Part shown: positions 15,991 to 26,225 of the stretch, in pieces
How positions within the stretch are numbered: the first letter of the stretch is position 1
Layout of the letters: every line of letters begins with the position of its first letter
Virus record (IMG/VR): IMGVR_UViG_3300020061_000006
Span: 1-61,834 of that record
Strand: one strand, 5' to 3'
From: a virus
Taxonomy: Duplodnaviria; Caudoviricetes
Length of the DNA stretch: 61,834 bases
Translations under genes and position numbers: made by a program
The notes under the pieces: generated by a model
Database searches by the model: none
The model's input: the letters and a program-made list of their open reading frames with translations, nothing else
What the model was told of the DNA's origin: nothing

Positions 15991-18023
15991 GTCCCTAGAA
16001 GCCCTTCATCTAGGTTTGATACGTCCAGTACAAAGACGCTTGCGGCATCGTCCAGGCCATCTAGACCGAAAAGCCCCACGTCGAATCCTGCGGAAGAATC
16101 ATCGAATGTGAATGCTGGCGACACTTGCTCACGCACCTGTTCACATGAAATTACTATGGTGTGATTCTTTCCAACATCTATGACCGAGTGCTCGATCTTC
16201 TCAATAAAGAAATCGTGATCGGTGAATGTTTCAGCCTCTACCAGGTGCACGCGATCCGATATATCTCGGGTAAGAATTTCGTTCAGGCGAACATCGTTCT
16301 TGTTGTTTATCGTAATGGTAATTACCGGTAGACGCTGTGCGCGCTGGCCAAGTAGGATCGCCGCAACTGCATATGCGTCATTAAGATTCGCCCAGGGCAT
16401 ATCACCGTCATACGGCACAGGTCCGTTATTGTCAGCGACCGAATTAGCATCCTGAACAAAGACGCGATACGTACGGGCCGCAGTGATGGGCTTAGCGCGC
16501 ATGGTGAATCCATTGACGGCAGACTGAGTAATTGCTGTGATAGTTACATCTACGCTGGCACCCGAAAGTCGAGAGAGCGCGAAGTTCACCGAACCGTACT
16601 GGAGTACATAGTCTGTCGTCTCTTCAGGAATAACGGCATCAATGAATGGGCTATCAGCCTGGATAGTCAGAACCCTGGACTCGCCCGCATTCAGGACTAT
16701 TACGTCTGTGCTCGTGAACACTACGCCTATGTCTCCGGCTGCCCTTTGGTCGATATTCACATCAACCGTGTTGACAATGTCCTTCCAGCCAATGTCATAG
16801 GTCATTGGTGCCGAGAATTGCGGTTCAGGTCCGGAGTCTACGTATGTCGCCTGGACTTCTATCGAACTAGGCTGAAGAATCCTATGGTGCCTGTCTCGGA
16901 ATACAAAGTTATTCGAACTGCTGACATATGCGATTGATGGCGGACCCTCGGACTGGAGAATGCCGTTGAGAGCATCCATTCCAGTTTGACTATCTGCATA
17001 CCAGAACTGCATAATCGTGGCCCCGGGGTCTATGTCCCGTTTATCGGCCGGCCATCCTATGGCGTCTAGGATTTTGTGTATTCCATCGCCAGTACGCAAG
17101 GCTTCGAATACCTCAGTTGATACGTTCGCATTGAACTTCGATAGCATATCCAGGCAAGTGAACTGGACGGATCGATTACTCCTATCCGGAACAATAGTAT
17201 AATCGTCTAGGTATCCATTGAACAGGACGTGACTCATGCCATCATACGAAGCCTTGACGACGATTGATTTTCCGGAACCCAAAAATCCCGCGATTACCGA
17301 CCCTGGGTTATTGGGTGAGTAATCGCGGGATATATTGCTTAGCTCTATTTCCATCTGCCCCGGCGACACGGCAGAAAGGCTTCTGATTTGATCGCGGCCG
17401 TATCCGATACTTAGTGGCGTTCGGACGCCAAGAGTCTTGAGTGTGACATCCTCGCCCGGACCTACGATCATTATCTCATCGGCATATGTGATCTCTCCGC
17501 CGGCCGTGTTCGTGTTTGGCGCTATTCGAATATCTTCAGTGTCGCTCGCCGCAATAAAGTCAACGGTGAGTTCCTGCCATTCATCCGTCAGCGTGCTGGC
17601 GGACGATTGAGCTATTCCATCAACGGCGATTACGACATGCTGCCCACCGGTGGACGGGACATATACCCATGCGCTCATGGTATAGAGTCGGCCGGGTATG
17701 AGCTTAGGGAAGTTCAGAAACGCATAAGGGGATTGCGTATCACCGCCACCGCCACCACCAAATCTGCCTTGGTCAAATCCGCGACCCGATACACCGAATT
17801 TAACCTCTACTCCGGTGTCTCCACTGCCGCTAGGAGTGAAGGCAGTCCAGGTGACGCGAAGAGACTGCACTCCGATGTGAGATACGGTTGAGGAAAGGTC
17901 AAGGGCCGGCTCAAGCGTGCCAGCCGGCCCCCAACCGTCAAAGCTTCCCTCAAAAGAGCCAGCAAATAGGCCACCGTCGTTATCCCAGTCAATGAGTATC
18001 TGATACGCGGCCGTTGCTGTCAC
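15987..18023 (-). CDS. Minor tail / tail-tip protein with N-terminal carbohydrate-binding-like domain
   Basis: Directly after the tape measure gene; SFEG...W...SLRV...GRLYTMSAWVY...W.ELTV.F CBM-like motif. Confidence 0.8.
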   Translation of the reverse strand: MTATAAYQILIDWDNDGGLFAGSFEGSFDGWGPAGTLEPALDLSSTVSHIGVQSLRVTWTAFTPSGSGDTGVEVKFGVSGRGFDQGRFGGGGGGDTQSPYAFLNFPKLIPGRLYTMSAWVYVPSTGGQHVVIAVDGIAQSSASTLTDEWQELTVDFIAASDTEDIRIAPNTNTAGGEITYADEIMIVGPGEDVTLKTLGVRTPLSIGYGRDQIRSLSAVSPGQMEIELSNISRDYSPNNPGSVIAGFLGSGKSIVVKASYDGMSHVLFNGYLDDYTIVPDRSNRSVQFTCLDMLSKFNANVSTEVFEALRTGDGIHKILDAIGWPADKRDIDPGATIMQFWYADSQTGMDALNGILQSEGPPSIAYVSSSNNFVFRDRHHRILQPSSIEVQATYVDSGPEPQFSAPMTYDIGWKDIVNTVDVNIDQRAAGDIGVVFTSTDVIVLNAGESRVLTIQADSPFIDAVIPEETTDYVLQYGSVNFALSRLSGASVDVTITAITQSAVNGFTMRAKPITAARTYRVFVQDANSVADNNGPVPYDGDMPWANLNDAYAVAAILLGQRAQRLPVITITINNKNDVRLNEILTRDISDRVHLVEAETFTDHDFFIEKIEHSVIDVGKNHTIVISCEQVREQVSPAFTFDDSSAGFDVGLFGLDGLDDAASVFVLDVSNLDEGLLGT

Positions 18024-21000
18024 TTAGCCCCTACCCTTCCTTTTTATGTTCCTATTGGCGGCAACAACCATATCCTCGAAGTCTTTCTTGCTGGATATGA
18101 TCGCCCCACGAAGATCGTAGTAGTTGTCTCCACCACCACCGCCGATATCGTGATTGGCTATAATGCGCTCACCGCCGCGCATCTTCATCAACTCAGGGCC
18201 GCGCTCTCCAACCCACGCGTAGCCTGCCGATGCACCAGGCGTGCCATTGGCATACCAGTTATGAGCCTTCTCATGGTCCCACGCTTCAGCGGGCGTTCCG
18301 TAGCGACTGCGAATATAATCAAGACCCCAAAGAATCTGAGTCTTGTAATTAGTTCGCCAGTCCTTACCAGCCGATGCCATTTTCGATGCAGGCAAACTTT
18401 GCGGAATCCCGTAAGCCCCCGAAGTGGGGTTAGTAGCCGTGTAGCTCCAACCGCTCTCCTGATTCCACAACGATTTCAGTGGACCGAATTCCTTCGATCC
18501 CCAGTTGTAGTTTCCGAGAATCCCCTTAGCGAACGACTGAGCCTTTCCAGCGGCCTTTGCGTCGTAGCCTCTATTACTTGGGCCACCATCAGACGTGATG
18601 ATTTTTCCCAAATCATCAAGGGGTATCTTGCCCGTAGTGTCAGCAATTGTCGTTCCGACGTTGTGGATAAATGATCCCACGTGCTTAAAGCCGACCTTTA
18701 GACCCTTTAGGAGACCCTGCATAAGGGCGACGCCAGCGGGATGCAGGAGTCTGCGGTCTAGCTCAATGGGTCCCTTGTGCTTCTTAATCCATTTGGCTAC
18801 TCCGGAAACCCACTTCTGGACATCGGACCAAGGGGCTTTCAATCCGTCGAAGAACCCATTGATAACGTCCGAACCCTTGCTCTTAATCCAAGTACCGGCA
18901 CTCTTGAATACTGCCGTGGTCGGATTCTTTACATGCTTTCCGATCCACGTACTAAGGCCGCTCGCTACGTTTGCAATTCCGCTTGTCAGTCCGTTGACTA
19001 TAGAACGGCCCTTCGAGTAGAGCCAACTGCCAGCCGAAGAGAAGGCGTTCTTAATGGGGATGACGACATGCTTAGAAAGCCACTTGCCAACGCCGGCAAT
19101 GGCATTGAGAATGCCGTTTAGCATGCCGGAGATAATGAACACACCACGCGTGAACATAACCTTCGATGGGGAATGCATTTCAAACAGGCTGTCAATGCTA
19201 TCCATGAACGGCTTAAAGATGTGCTTGTCTATCCACTTGCCGATACCGGTAAACAGAGAGACTATGCCGTTCAATATGCCTTCGGAGAGGCTGCGGCCTG
19301 CCGTCGCCATAAGGATTACGGCAGCAGGGAAAACCCCAAGAATATCCTTGAAGAATTTTCCTACAGCTATTATGGCTTTAGCTGATCCGCCACCCATGGC
19401 CCTTCCTACGCCTTCAATAGCGTAAAGAGCCTTGAGGTATATAGTCGCGCCCCAGCCATCTATATTCTTCAAGACGGTACCAATAAATCTGCCGAGCGCT
19501 CCCTTTGCCCCTGGTATTTCCTTTTCGAAGCCGTCAACAAAAGCCTTCTTCAGGGGCTTCCAGATGACATCAAATGCCTTAGCAAAAGGCTTACCTATAT
19601 CGCCTATGCTCTTTAGCAGGGGGGCAATAACCTTCAGAATCGGAATGTGCTCAAATACCTTGGCGAGCGGCCCTGCTATCTTACCAATTCCCACCAGGGA
19701 GAGAACGCCTATGATCGCGTCAAGCCAGTGCTTTTTCCAGAAAGATGCGCTAAATAGGTCAGTGCCCAGACTTGCCAGGAAGCCGAGTGCGAATCCTATT
19801 GCGTTACCACCGATTGACTTGCCGACATTGACCCAATCGACTTTCTTTGCAACATCGGTGATCATCTTTCCGAGGTCGGCTATACCAGACATCGCAAACA
19901 TGAAGGCAACGCCCAGGATATGCCCCAACACCTTGCCGACAGTTTTTGCGTCCAGGCCTGAAATGGCGTCCGTAATCGTCTTAGAGAGCTGATTCTTTAC
20001 AGACGGTCCCTTGGCGTTCGTCAGCTTCTTAGCCTGAGTGAGGCTGAGGTTTTCACCAGTCTGCATAATGCCGCCGGGATTCGCCTTGCCGGCAGACGCA
20101 AGAGCCTTCGCCCCCGAACCTTCGCCAGACTTGAACGTCTTTATCGGATTGAGCGTCTTAGTTATCGCCTCAGCTTGAGCCTTTGTTGTGCCAGGCTGAA
20201 TAGTCGGACGAACCGGATAGGTCGGAAGGTGGTAAGACTGGTACTTAGTCGTCTTCTTAGTAGTCGGCGAAAGCTTATCGATCAGCTTATCTACGCCAGT
20301 CGATTTCAAAGCATTGGACAGAAGATCCTCTACTTGACCTATCTTCGATTTGATAGTGTCAACGGGGATCATGTCACCTATGGCGTCCTTGAACTTTCCA
20401 GCCGCCGGCAAGCCGACCTGAACAATCCACTCCGCAAACGAAGTGACCGGAGGAAGGAGCTTGTTGCCAAGCTCAATCGACATAGTCTCTACTGCCGACT
20501 TCAGCAGATTGAATTGAGCCTGAGCGGTTTTCCTCTGGGCTGCAACAGCCGGCCCGTACTTGCCCATGCTCGCATTAACCTGATTCTGCTTCTTCTGCAA
20601 AACGTCGTAGTTGTTAACTAGCGACATAATTGCGGAAGAAGACTTGCCTCCACCGAACGCCATAGACAGCAACTGAGCTTGCTTGGTAGCGCTCAGGCCG
20701 GCGGCATCCATCTTGCTCTTAAGCAGGCCCACGGCGCCCACCAGGCCGCGCGGAGAACGCATCTCATTCGCAAGCTCTGTACCGGTAAGGCCAATCGTTT
20801 TCAGGACCTTAGAAGCAGCCTTAGAAGGAGCGCCCAGGAGTGAAATGGTCATACGGAGTCTGGTTGCAGCACTCGCTGCACCGACGCCTTCATCCGTGAA
20901 CACGGCCAGTGCTGCGCCGACGGATGAGAATGTTAGACCGAACGTTTTTGCAGTCGGGAGAATACCGGTTCCCAATGCGGAAACCATATCTTCCATCGTC

Positions 21001-21530
21001 ATATTACCGGCACCGATAATTGCGTTAACGGTAGCTGCCGATTGAGCGAAGGAGGTAGCTCCCTTAATTCCCGTACGCCATGCGCCGGCTAGAGCATTCG
21101 TTGTCGACTCAAGGTCGGCCCCACCAACGGCGGCTAGATCAGACGCCACCTTTAGGGATTTCATTGCATCGACGTTATCCATGCCGACGGATTTCAAGTG
21201 GTAAAGCGCTTCCGATAGCTTTTCTGGCCCCTGTTGTGTCGATGGAGCCAGAGCTAGGACTTGCTTGGATAGCGTCTTAACGTCGCCTGCCGTTGCGCCG
21301 GCCTGCGTCTGAATCTTCTTCATAGAAGACTCGAACTTTACGGCAGACCTAACGGACTCCGCCGCTATCAGTACGATAGGAACGGCGGCTTTCATGGCTA
21401 TTGAGCCGATGCTCTTCGCCATGCCGCCGACCTTGGAGCCGAGGGACGTAACGTCTTTCTGGGCATTCTTAATGCCCTTGTTGTTGTAGGTGCTGTATAT
21501 GGAAAAGCCTAGGGAAGTTACTGTACTCAT
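18024..21530 (-). CDS. Tape measure protein with C-terminal lytic transglycosylase
   Basis: 1168 aa, TP901-type core (FESSM..I...A); LWNQESGW...NPTSGAYGIPQSLP...TQI.WGLDYI..RYG; WVGERGPEL. Confidence 0.93.
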   Translation of the reverse strand: MSTVTSLGFSIYSTYNNKGIKNAQKDVTSLGSKVGGMAKSIGSIAMKAAVPIVLIAAESVRSAVKFESSMKKIQTQAGATAGDVKTLSKQVLALAPSTQQGPEKLSEALYHLKSVGMDNVDAMKSLKVASDLAAVGGADLESTTNALAGAWRTGIKGATSFAQSAATVNAIIGAGNMTMEDMVSALGTGILPTAKTFGLTFSSVGAALAVFTDEGVGAASAATRLRMTISLLGAPSKAASKVLKTIGLTGTELANEMRSPRGLVGAVGLLKSKMDAAGLSATKQAQLLSMAFGGGKSSSAIMSLVNNYDVLQKKQNQVNASMGKYGPAVAAQRKTAQAQFNLLKSAVETMSIELGNKLLPPVTSFAEWIVQVGLPAAGKFKDAIGDMIPVDTIKSKIGQVEDLLSNALKSTGVDKLIDKLSPTTKKTTKYQSYHLPTYPVRPTIQPGTTKAQAEAITKTLNPIKTFKSGEGSGAKALASAGKANPGGIMQTGENLSLTQAKKLTNAKGPSVKNQLSKTITDAISGLDAKTVGKVLGHILGVAFMFAMSGIADLGKMITDVAKKVDWVNVGKSIGGNAIGFALGFLASLGTDLFSASFWKKHWLDAIIGVLSLVGIGKIAGPLAKVFEHIPILKVIAPLLKSIGDIGKPFAKAFDVIWKPLKKAFVDGFEKEIPGAKGALGRFIGTVLKNIDGWGATIYLKALYAIEGVGRAMGGGSAKAIIAVGKFFKDILGVFPAAVILMATAGRSLSEGILNGIVSLFTGIGKWIDKHIFKPFMDSIDSLFEMHSPSKVMFTRGVFIISGMLNGILNAIAGVGKWLSKHVVIPIKNAFSSAGSWLYSKGRSIVNGLTSGIANVASGLSTWIGKHVKNPTTAVFKSAGTWIKSKGSDVINGFFDGLKAPWSDVQKWVSGVAKWIKKHKGPIELDRRLLHPAGVALMQGLLKGLKVGFKHVGSFIHNVGTTIADTTGKIPLDDLGKIITSDGGPSNRGYDAKAAGKAQSFAKGILGNYNWGSKEFGPLKSLWNQESGWSYTATNPTSGAYGIPQSLPASKMASAGKDWRTNYKTQILWGLDYIRSRYGTPAEAWDHEKAHNWYANGTPGASAGYAWVGERGPELMKMRGGERIIANHDIGGGGGDNYYDLRGAIISSKKDFEDMVVAANRNIKRKGRG

Positions 21531-22009
21531 ACCTTGTTCTTCCCGTTTTTGGCCACATACTTAGCAGCGTTCCGAAGAACTAGTTTCACTTCTGCAATGG
21601 CGAATGGCGCTTCCGATTTAACAGCGTTAAAGAACCAATCGCTCTTTTCCGGAATCTGACTAACCCAAATGTCGCTGTTGCCGAATACGGGGTGCCTGAA
21701 ACCCTTTGGCGAGTCAAAACCACGCGGGATGATTGCCTCAGACTTCTCCGGCATCCGCGTAACGATGCGAATGCGAGCGTTCTTTCCGGTCTTTACCTGA
21801 ACTCCCACACCACGTGCAACTGCGGCGCGGATTTTGTTCGCGTCAGTAGACCTGACCGGTAGCGATCTCGCGTTTGCTTTCGCTTTAGCGACAATAGGAG
21901 TTGCGGCGGCACGAATATCTTTTCTCAACTGAGCTGGAAGCTTTTTATCAATAGCGCGAAGAGCTTTCGCTATCTTCGCCACTTCACGCCCGGGTTTCAG
22001 ATCAGACAT
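21527..22009 (-). CDS. HK97 gp10-like tail/neck protein
   Basis: Basic, LRKDIRAAATPIV..AK...RHPVFG...W..Q. Confidence 0.55.
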   Translation of the reverse strand: MSDLKPGREVAKIAKALRAIDKKLPAQLRKDIRAAATPIVAKAKANARSLPVRSTDANKIRAAVARGVGVQVKTGKNARIRIVTRMPEKSEAIIPRGFDSPKGFRHPVFGNSDIWVSQIPEKSDWFFNAVKSEAPFAIAEVKLVLRNAAKYVAKNGKNKV

Positions 22010-22333
22010 TTAATCACCCCTAGCGGCTTGCCTCTTATATTCTGCGTGTAGCTCCCACGGGCGTATTACCGGAATGGGCTTCATGTCATCAGCTCCGCCA
22101 GATTTTGTGTTCATCTGTGCGTACGTATGAAGCATGGATTGAAGCAGTTCGTTTATTTCCGCGAACTGCTCACTAATCCACTGATCGTCAAGGCGGCCGG
22201 CAACATTCTCATATGCCTGCCATTCGGCTAGCTCAAGTGCCGTCATACGGCCGAGCATTTCCCGAACTGTCATTCCACCTAGAGACTTAGCTAGTCTGAA
22301 GTAGAACTGACGCTCGGGTCGCTGCCGAAACCC
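22010..22333 (-). CDS. Tail assembly chaperone, -1 frameshift (GT) extension
   Basis: After slippery G GGT TTC (22333-22327) the -1 frame is open: FRQRPERQFYFRLAKSLGGMTVREML... Confidence 0.8.
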   Translation of the reverse strand, partial: GFRQRPERQFYFRLAKSLGGMTVREMLGRMTALELAEWQAYENVAGRLDDQWISEQFAEINELLQSMLHTYAQMNTKSGGADDMKPIPVIRPWELHAEYKRQAARGD

Positions 22334-22710
22334 TCGGTCAGCTCCTCAACGTCCTTCTCCGACATGCCGTTCATCTCTCGCGCAATGTCGAACAAGCGCT
22401 CAAGGACGCCGGCGTTTTTCTGCCCCAGAAGAGTTACATCAATATCGGAAAAGACTCGCTTGTTGTTTTCGTCAACCATGCAAAGGGCAAGCAGACGCGC
22501 ACGGAAGTTCGTGAGATTCATTTTCTGCGTGCCGCTCTTGCCCTGCGTCACGGACTTGGCTTCGAAGTCATCTCGCTGAGTGCCAGTGAGGGAAAGAAGT
22601 CGGACCTCACCAGGTTCCGTGACTCCCTCTTCGTTCCACTCGGGAACGGGAACGTCTTTCCAGGTAAGGTCATTCGCCTTGAGAATCTGAGCCTTAGTAA
22701 AAAGCGCCAT
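22291..22710 (-). CDS. Tail assembly chaperone (G)
   Basis: V.VPEW...VRL.SLTG..RD.FE...RARLL...VDE...F; between major tail and tape measure genes. Confidence 0.88.
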   Translation of the reverse strand: MALFTKAQILKANDLTWKDVPVPEWNEEGVTEPGEVRLLSLTGTQRDDFEAKSVTQGKSGTQKMNLTNFRARLLALCMVDENNKRVFSDIDVTLLGQKNAGVLERLFDIAREMNGMSEKDVEELTEGFGSDPSVSSTSD

Positions 22711-22733
22711 GATATTTTCCTATGCGGATTAGG

Positions 22734-22787
22734 GGAATGGCGAGGCAGTCCGCAAGGGAGACAGGCAATCCCCTGCCTCGCCATTCC
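22734..22787 (-). terminator. Hairpin after the major tail gene
   Basis: GGAATGGCGAGGCAG / CTGCCTCGCCATTCC. Confidence 0.65.
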
Positions 22788-22809
22788 GGTATATGGTGTG
22801 TGCCTGTTA

Positions 22810-23235
22810 TTAGGAGGTAGCGCGGTCGAACGTGTCGCGCTGAACCATAAAGGTGACTGAAACCTCGGAAAGGGTTCCGACATCACCGGTCAGCGGCTGG
22901 TAATCCAGTAGAATGCACGTTGCGCTGTATTCCGGGTTATCCGTACCGACTACGTCAGCGGTCGGTCGAATGTTCACATCGAACTCTGTCTCATTCTTCC
23001 AAAGAGGGTAAAGAGTCGCGTCTACCTCGGAAGCGGAAAAGTCCTGCTGAAGCTTCAGAACGATTGTGTTGTTCTGAAGGCCGGCAGCAGCCTCTCGGCC
23101 GTCTCCGCCGAAGTTAGTAATGTCGATGTTGTCTTTGGAAAGGTTTATTTCGGCGGACGAGCAATGATCCGAAAAATCCGCCGCGTTGATTGCTGTATAG
23201 CAATTCTTAAGAATGAGCCTAGACATTGTCGGCAA
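22810..23235 (-). CDS. Major tail (tube) protein
   Basis: DITNFG...GLQ...QDF...NPEYS...GDVG.L...SVTF; position. Confidence 0.85.
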   Translation of the reverse strand: MPTMSRLILKNCYTAINAADFSDHCSSAEINLSKDNIDITNFGGDGREAAAGLQNNTIVLKLQQDFSASEVDATLYPLWKNETEFDVNIRPTADVVGTDNPEYSATCILLDYQPLTGDVGTLSEVSVTFMVQRDTFDRATS

Positions 23236-23446
23236 CCTTCTTTACTGCGGGCTTGGCCGCTGGCTTATCCGGAACTACCGGCTTGATATGGCCGGCCTCT
23301 ATCAGCGCCTCAATGGCTTCGCGCCCCATGCGCAATGCGACCTGTTCGCCGCGCTTAACTCCGTTGATTGCATGCCGCCCTATTACCTCGAAGACACCCT
23401 CAGCGGCACCTTCCGAAGGCAAGCGGTGCGCCTCTACCGCCCGCAT
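23219..23446 (-). CDS. Hypothetical virion-associated protein
   Basis: Operon position. Confidence 0.6.
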   Translation of the reverse strand: MRAVEAHRLPSEGAAEGVFEVIGRHAINGVKRGEQVALRMGREAIEALIEAGHIKPVVPDKPAAKPAVKKVADNV

Positions 23447-23793
23447 CAGCTCATCCTTACGAGAGCCACCGTGACGCTCGTGAGCGTTCCGGGGAGAGCT
23501 AGGGTCGCAATGCCAGGCGTATCAACTCCGGCATGCTCTTTACGAAGGGGGAGCCAGCATTCGCCAGTAGTGGCGGCAATTGTGACTGACACCGCAGGAT
23601 TGGCTACGCCATAAGAGGTTTTTCCGGCAACGGTAATTCCGAGAGTCAGAGCACTGCCACTGCCGTTCTTAATAACGACGAACGTATTGTGGCCGCTGCC
23701 AACTTCGGCAGTCATGCTCGTTGCCGGAGTATCGAGTCCGAAATTTATCTTTGTTCCTGCGTCAACCAGATTCTGCACGGTAAGGGCTGTCAT
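23446..23793 (-). CDS. Hypothetical beta-rich virion protein
   Basis: Operon position. Confidence 0.7.
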   Translation of the reverse strand: MTALTVQNLVDAGTKINFGLDTPATSMTAEVGSGHNTFVVIKNGSGSALTLGITVAGKTSYGVANPAVSVTIAATTGECWLPLRKEHAGVDTPGIATLALPGTLTSVTVALVRMS

Positions 23794-23796
23794 GAT

Positions 23797-24225
23797 TTAA
23801 TCCCCTGCAAATATCGTCGTGAGATGGAGACAGGCTCCAATGTGGGGGATTAGAGGCTTTAGCCTCGTTGAAAGTGAACCCCCATATTCGTCCATCTTCG
23901 TAATCATCGAATCCTCAACGACTCCGCCGAGACTGGGATTTTCGAATATGATTCGGCGCAAACTTTTTTCGCTCGACCCGTCTACGTAGTCGTCCAAAGC
24001 GTTTTGTGCAAATTGGATCTCTGGGATACCGACCATAACCATGAGAGGAAATGACCAGGAGTCGAGCCCACGCCCCATGCTTTTTGTGAAGTCGGCTACG
24101 GGTGGCCCGATTACTACCGCAGGAAGGTTGGTAATATCTGCCCACACTGGATAGATGTTCAATTCCTCTAGCTCCGCGCGAATGGTCGTAGCTATTGCTT
24201 GACGAACTTCACCTAGATTCGGCAT
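23797..24225 (-). CDS. Tail terminator-like protein
   Basis: Position; LPAVVIGP...Q.ALD...SL...LGG. Confidence 0.6.
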   Translation of the reverse strand: MPNLGEVRQAIATTIRAELEELNIYPVWADITNLPAVVIGPPVADFTKSMGRGLDSWSFPLMVMVGIPEIQFAQNALDDYVDGSSEKSLRRIIFENPSLGGVVEDSMITKMDEYGGSLSTRLKPLIPHIGACLHLTTIFAGD

Positions 24226-24830
24226 TAGCTCGCCACCAATACACTTCCACGCCTGAAATTCTTCAGCTTCTTAAAAGCCAAAGTGTTTTCTCTTAGGACA
24301 ACTACGCTTCCGAATTGATCAGACCCGGCAATTCCAAGTCGTTGGTCTTTCAATTGGAACGTATCAGAAGTCATGATGAAAGCCGCTTGCCGTACTGATG
24401 CCGGCACTGCCGACCATCCCCAACGGGCCGTAACCGATACCAATTCACCCGTAGGAAAGTTACCCTTGATAGTCCAATAGGGAAATCCACCTAGCCCCTG
24501 AACGACGCCATTCGCAGGCTCAAGCACCAGCGATGAATTGTCGTAAGTGGTTCCGTCCGAATCGACTATCAATCCAACATCTGTACTGAAGTCGTCCGTT
24601 ATCAAAATGGACGGATACTTACTCCACTCGCTTCGTTCCATATTCCTTATCGACTTATACTTACGAATAGAAGCCGAACCGGAATCATTGAAGTCCCTAT
24701 GACAGTGGCGAATAATATCTATCGTCGTTGACGAAATGGCATCAGATATTTCTTCGTCGTGATCGGTCGGTTCAATGCTCATGTAGTGACGAACTTCTTC
24801 GAGCGTTAGGAAATCAGCGCCCAGGGTCAT
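24225..24830 (-). CDS. Head-to-tail adaptor
   Basis: TLEEVR.Y...I...C.RDF...VTARWGW.AVP..V.QA. Confidence 0.8.
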   Translation of the reverse strand: MTLGADFLTLEEVRHYMSIEPTDHDEEISDAISSTTIDIIRHCHRDFNDSGSASIRKYKSIRNMERSEWSKYPSILITDDFSTDVGLIVDSDGTTYDNSSLVLEPANGVVQGLGGFPYWTIKGNFPTGELVSVTARWGWSAVPASVRQAAFIMTSDTFQLKDQRLGIAGSDQFGSVVVLRENTLAFKKLKNFRRGSVLVAS

Positions 24831-24832
24831 GG

Positions 24833-25102
24833 TTAGACCCCTGTTCGCAATACCTGAACCACTGAAGAAGAAGCCGTGATTCCGTAAAGAGCCTCGCCGC
24901 TACTCAGCTTGATAGGCCACGGCAGGTCTGCACTAGCCGCAAGCTTGTACCCATTAGATGTGGTAACCGTGGCGGAACCTATGAACAGGTCAGCAGCACC
25001 ATTGGTGATATACAGCGTCTGTCCGGACACCCCATCAGAATCAGCAACGCTTAGGAGTGTCGCCGTGGTGGAAACGGTGACCGCAGCACTTCCGGTGGCC
25101 AT
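24833..25102 (-). CDS. Small beta-rich virion (decoration-like) protein
   Basis: Head operon. Confidence 0.65.
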   Translation of the reverse strand: MATGSAAVTVSTTATLLSVADSDGVSGQTLYITNGAADLFIGSATVTTSNGYKLAASADLPWPIKLSSGEALYGITASSSVVQVLRTGV

Positions 25103-25114
25103 ATGGCATACTCC

Positions 25115-25378
25115 TTACTTATCGCTTTTGGGGCTCTGCATTTTGTTGGCGGCTGCTGCCGTCTGCTTGGCCGCTGCCGGCTTCTTAGGATCCGGCTTAG
25201 GCTCTACGGGAACAGGCTCCGGTGCCGGCTCAGGCTCCGCTAGACCATTCTTCTCAAGCCACTCATCCGAAACCTCAGAGCCTGCGGAATGAACAAGGAA
25301 GCCGTGACCGCTGGGATTGTCGTCAGCCCAAACGATCTCGTTATTTCGTGTTCGCAGGATGTCTACGTCAATTTTCAT
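25115..25378 (-). CDS. Hypothetical head-region protein
   Basis: PE-rich linker, NKM C-terminus. Confidence 0.65.
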   Translation of the reverse strand: MKIDVDILRTRNNEIVWADDNPSGHGFLVHSAGSEVSDEWLEKNGLAEPEPAPEPVPVEPKPDPKKPAAAKQTAAAANKMQSPKSDK

Positions 25379-25389
25379 TCGACATCCCC

Positions 25390-25776
25390 TTACACGTAGT
25401 AGAGAGTCACGCGAAACTTGCCGGCCGTAGCAGTGCCCACGATTACAGCCTTTACGTTGCGCGTCGCGGTAGTCTTAAGCGACGTATCGCCGGTCGCATC
25501 AGGAATTACGTCCTTGCGGCCCGTGGTCCATGTGGTGAGATCCGCAGGCGCATAAACATCGTTGGCGCCTTCGAGCTGAACCTTTACACTAGTAGCGCCA
25601 GTAATTGCCGTAAGAACCTCAACATAGCCACTCGTCACAAAAGAACCGACAGGGACACTATTGTCGTTGCCGTTAATACCGCGCAAGGTCTTAGTTCCAG
25701 CCGTGCCGCCGTCCTTTGCGAAATCATATTCCGCAATTACTACCTTAGGGGTTGTCGTACCCTCAATGATTCCCAT
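25390..25776 (-). CDS. Capsid decoration-like protein
   Basis: Beta-rich, ends TAGKFRVTLYYV. Confidence 0.65.
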   Translation of the reverse strand: MGIIEGTTTPKVVIAEYDFAKDGGTAGTKTLRGINGNDNSVPVGSFVTSGYVEVLTAITGATSVKVQLEGANDVYAPADLTTWTTGRKDVIPDATGDTSLKTTATRNVKAVIVGTATAGKFRVTLYYV

Positions 25777-26132
25777 TAAGAAACACCCAATCCATTAATT
25801 CCGAACACGCTTACAGACACGGTAGGAGAGGTTCCGCCGCTGATATTAGAAATGTTCAGGCGAACAATTCTAGAGATCTGAACAGGGCCGTTTGACTGAG
25901 GAAAATGAGTAAATACAACGCTTGGAGCGTCCAGGTCGCTTCCGCTTCCGCCCTCAAGAACCGGGTACCAATTGACGCCATCAATCGATCCCTCAAGTAG
26001 AACCGTCGCAAAATCAGGACTACCGGTTGTACTTACCTGCATTCCAAAATATCTAACATCGGCCGCATATTCCGATTCCGTAGCGCCCGTTACGGTGGCG
26101 TCCGTTATCCAGTAAATCTTCTCGAATTCCAC
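25776..26132 (-). CDS. Hypothetical virion protein
   Basis: GGAGG plus GTG start; LEGSIDGVNW motif. Confidence 0.65.
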   Translation of the reverse strand: MEFEKIYWITDATVTGATESEYAADVRYFGMQVSTTGSPDFATVLLEGSIDGVNWYPVLEGGSGSDLDAPSVVFTHFPQSNGPVQISRIVRLNISNISGGTSPTVSVSVFGINGLGVS

Positions 26133-26146
26133 AAAGCCTCCAAAAG

Positions 26147-26185
26147 AAAGGGGGTGCAACCGCCGAAACGATTGCACCCCCTTTT
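26147..26185 (-). terminator. Terminator after the capsid gene
   Basis: AAAGGGGGTGCAA...TTGCACCCCCTTT. Confidence 0.7.
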
Positions 26186-26225
26186 GACTTTTCTCAAACA
26201 CCAGTTCGAATGACTGGGAAAAAAA

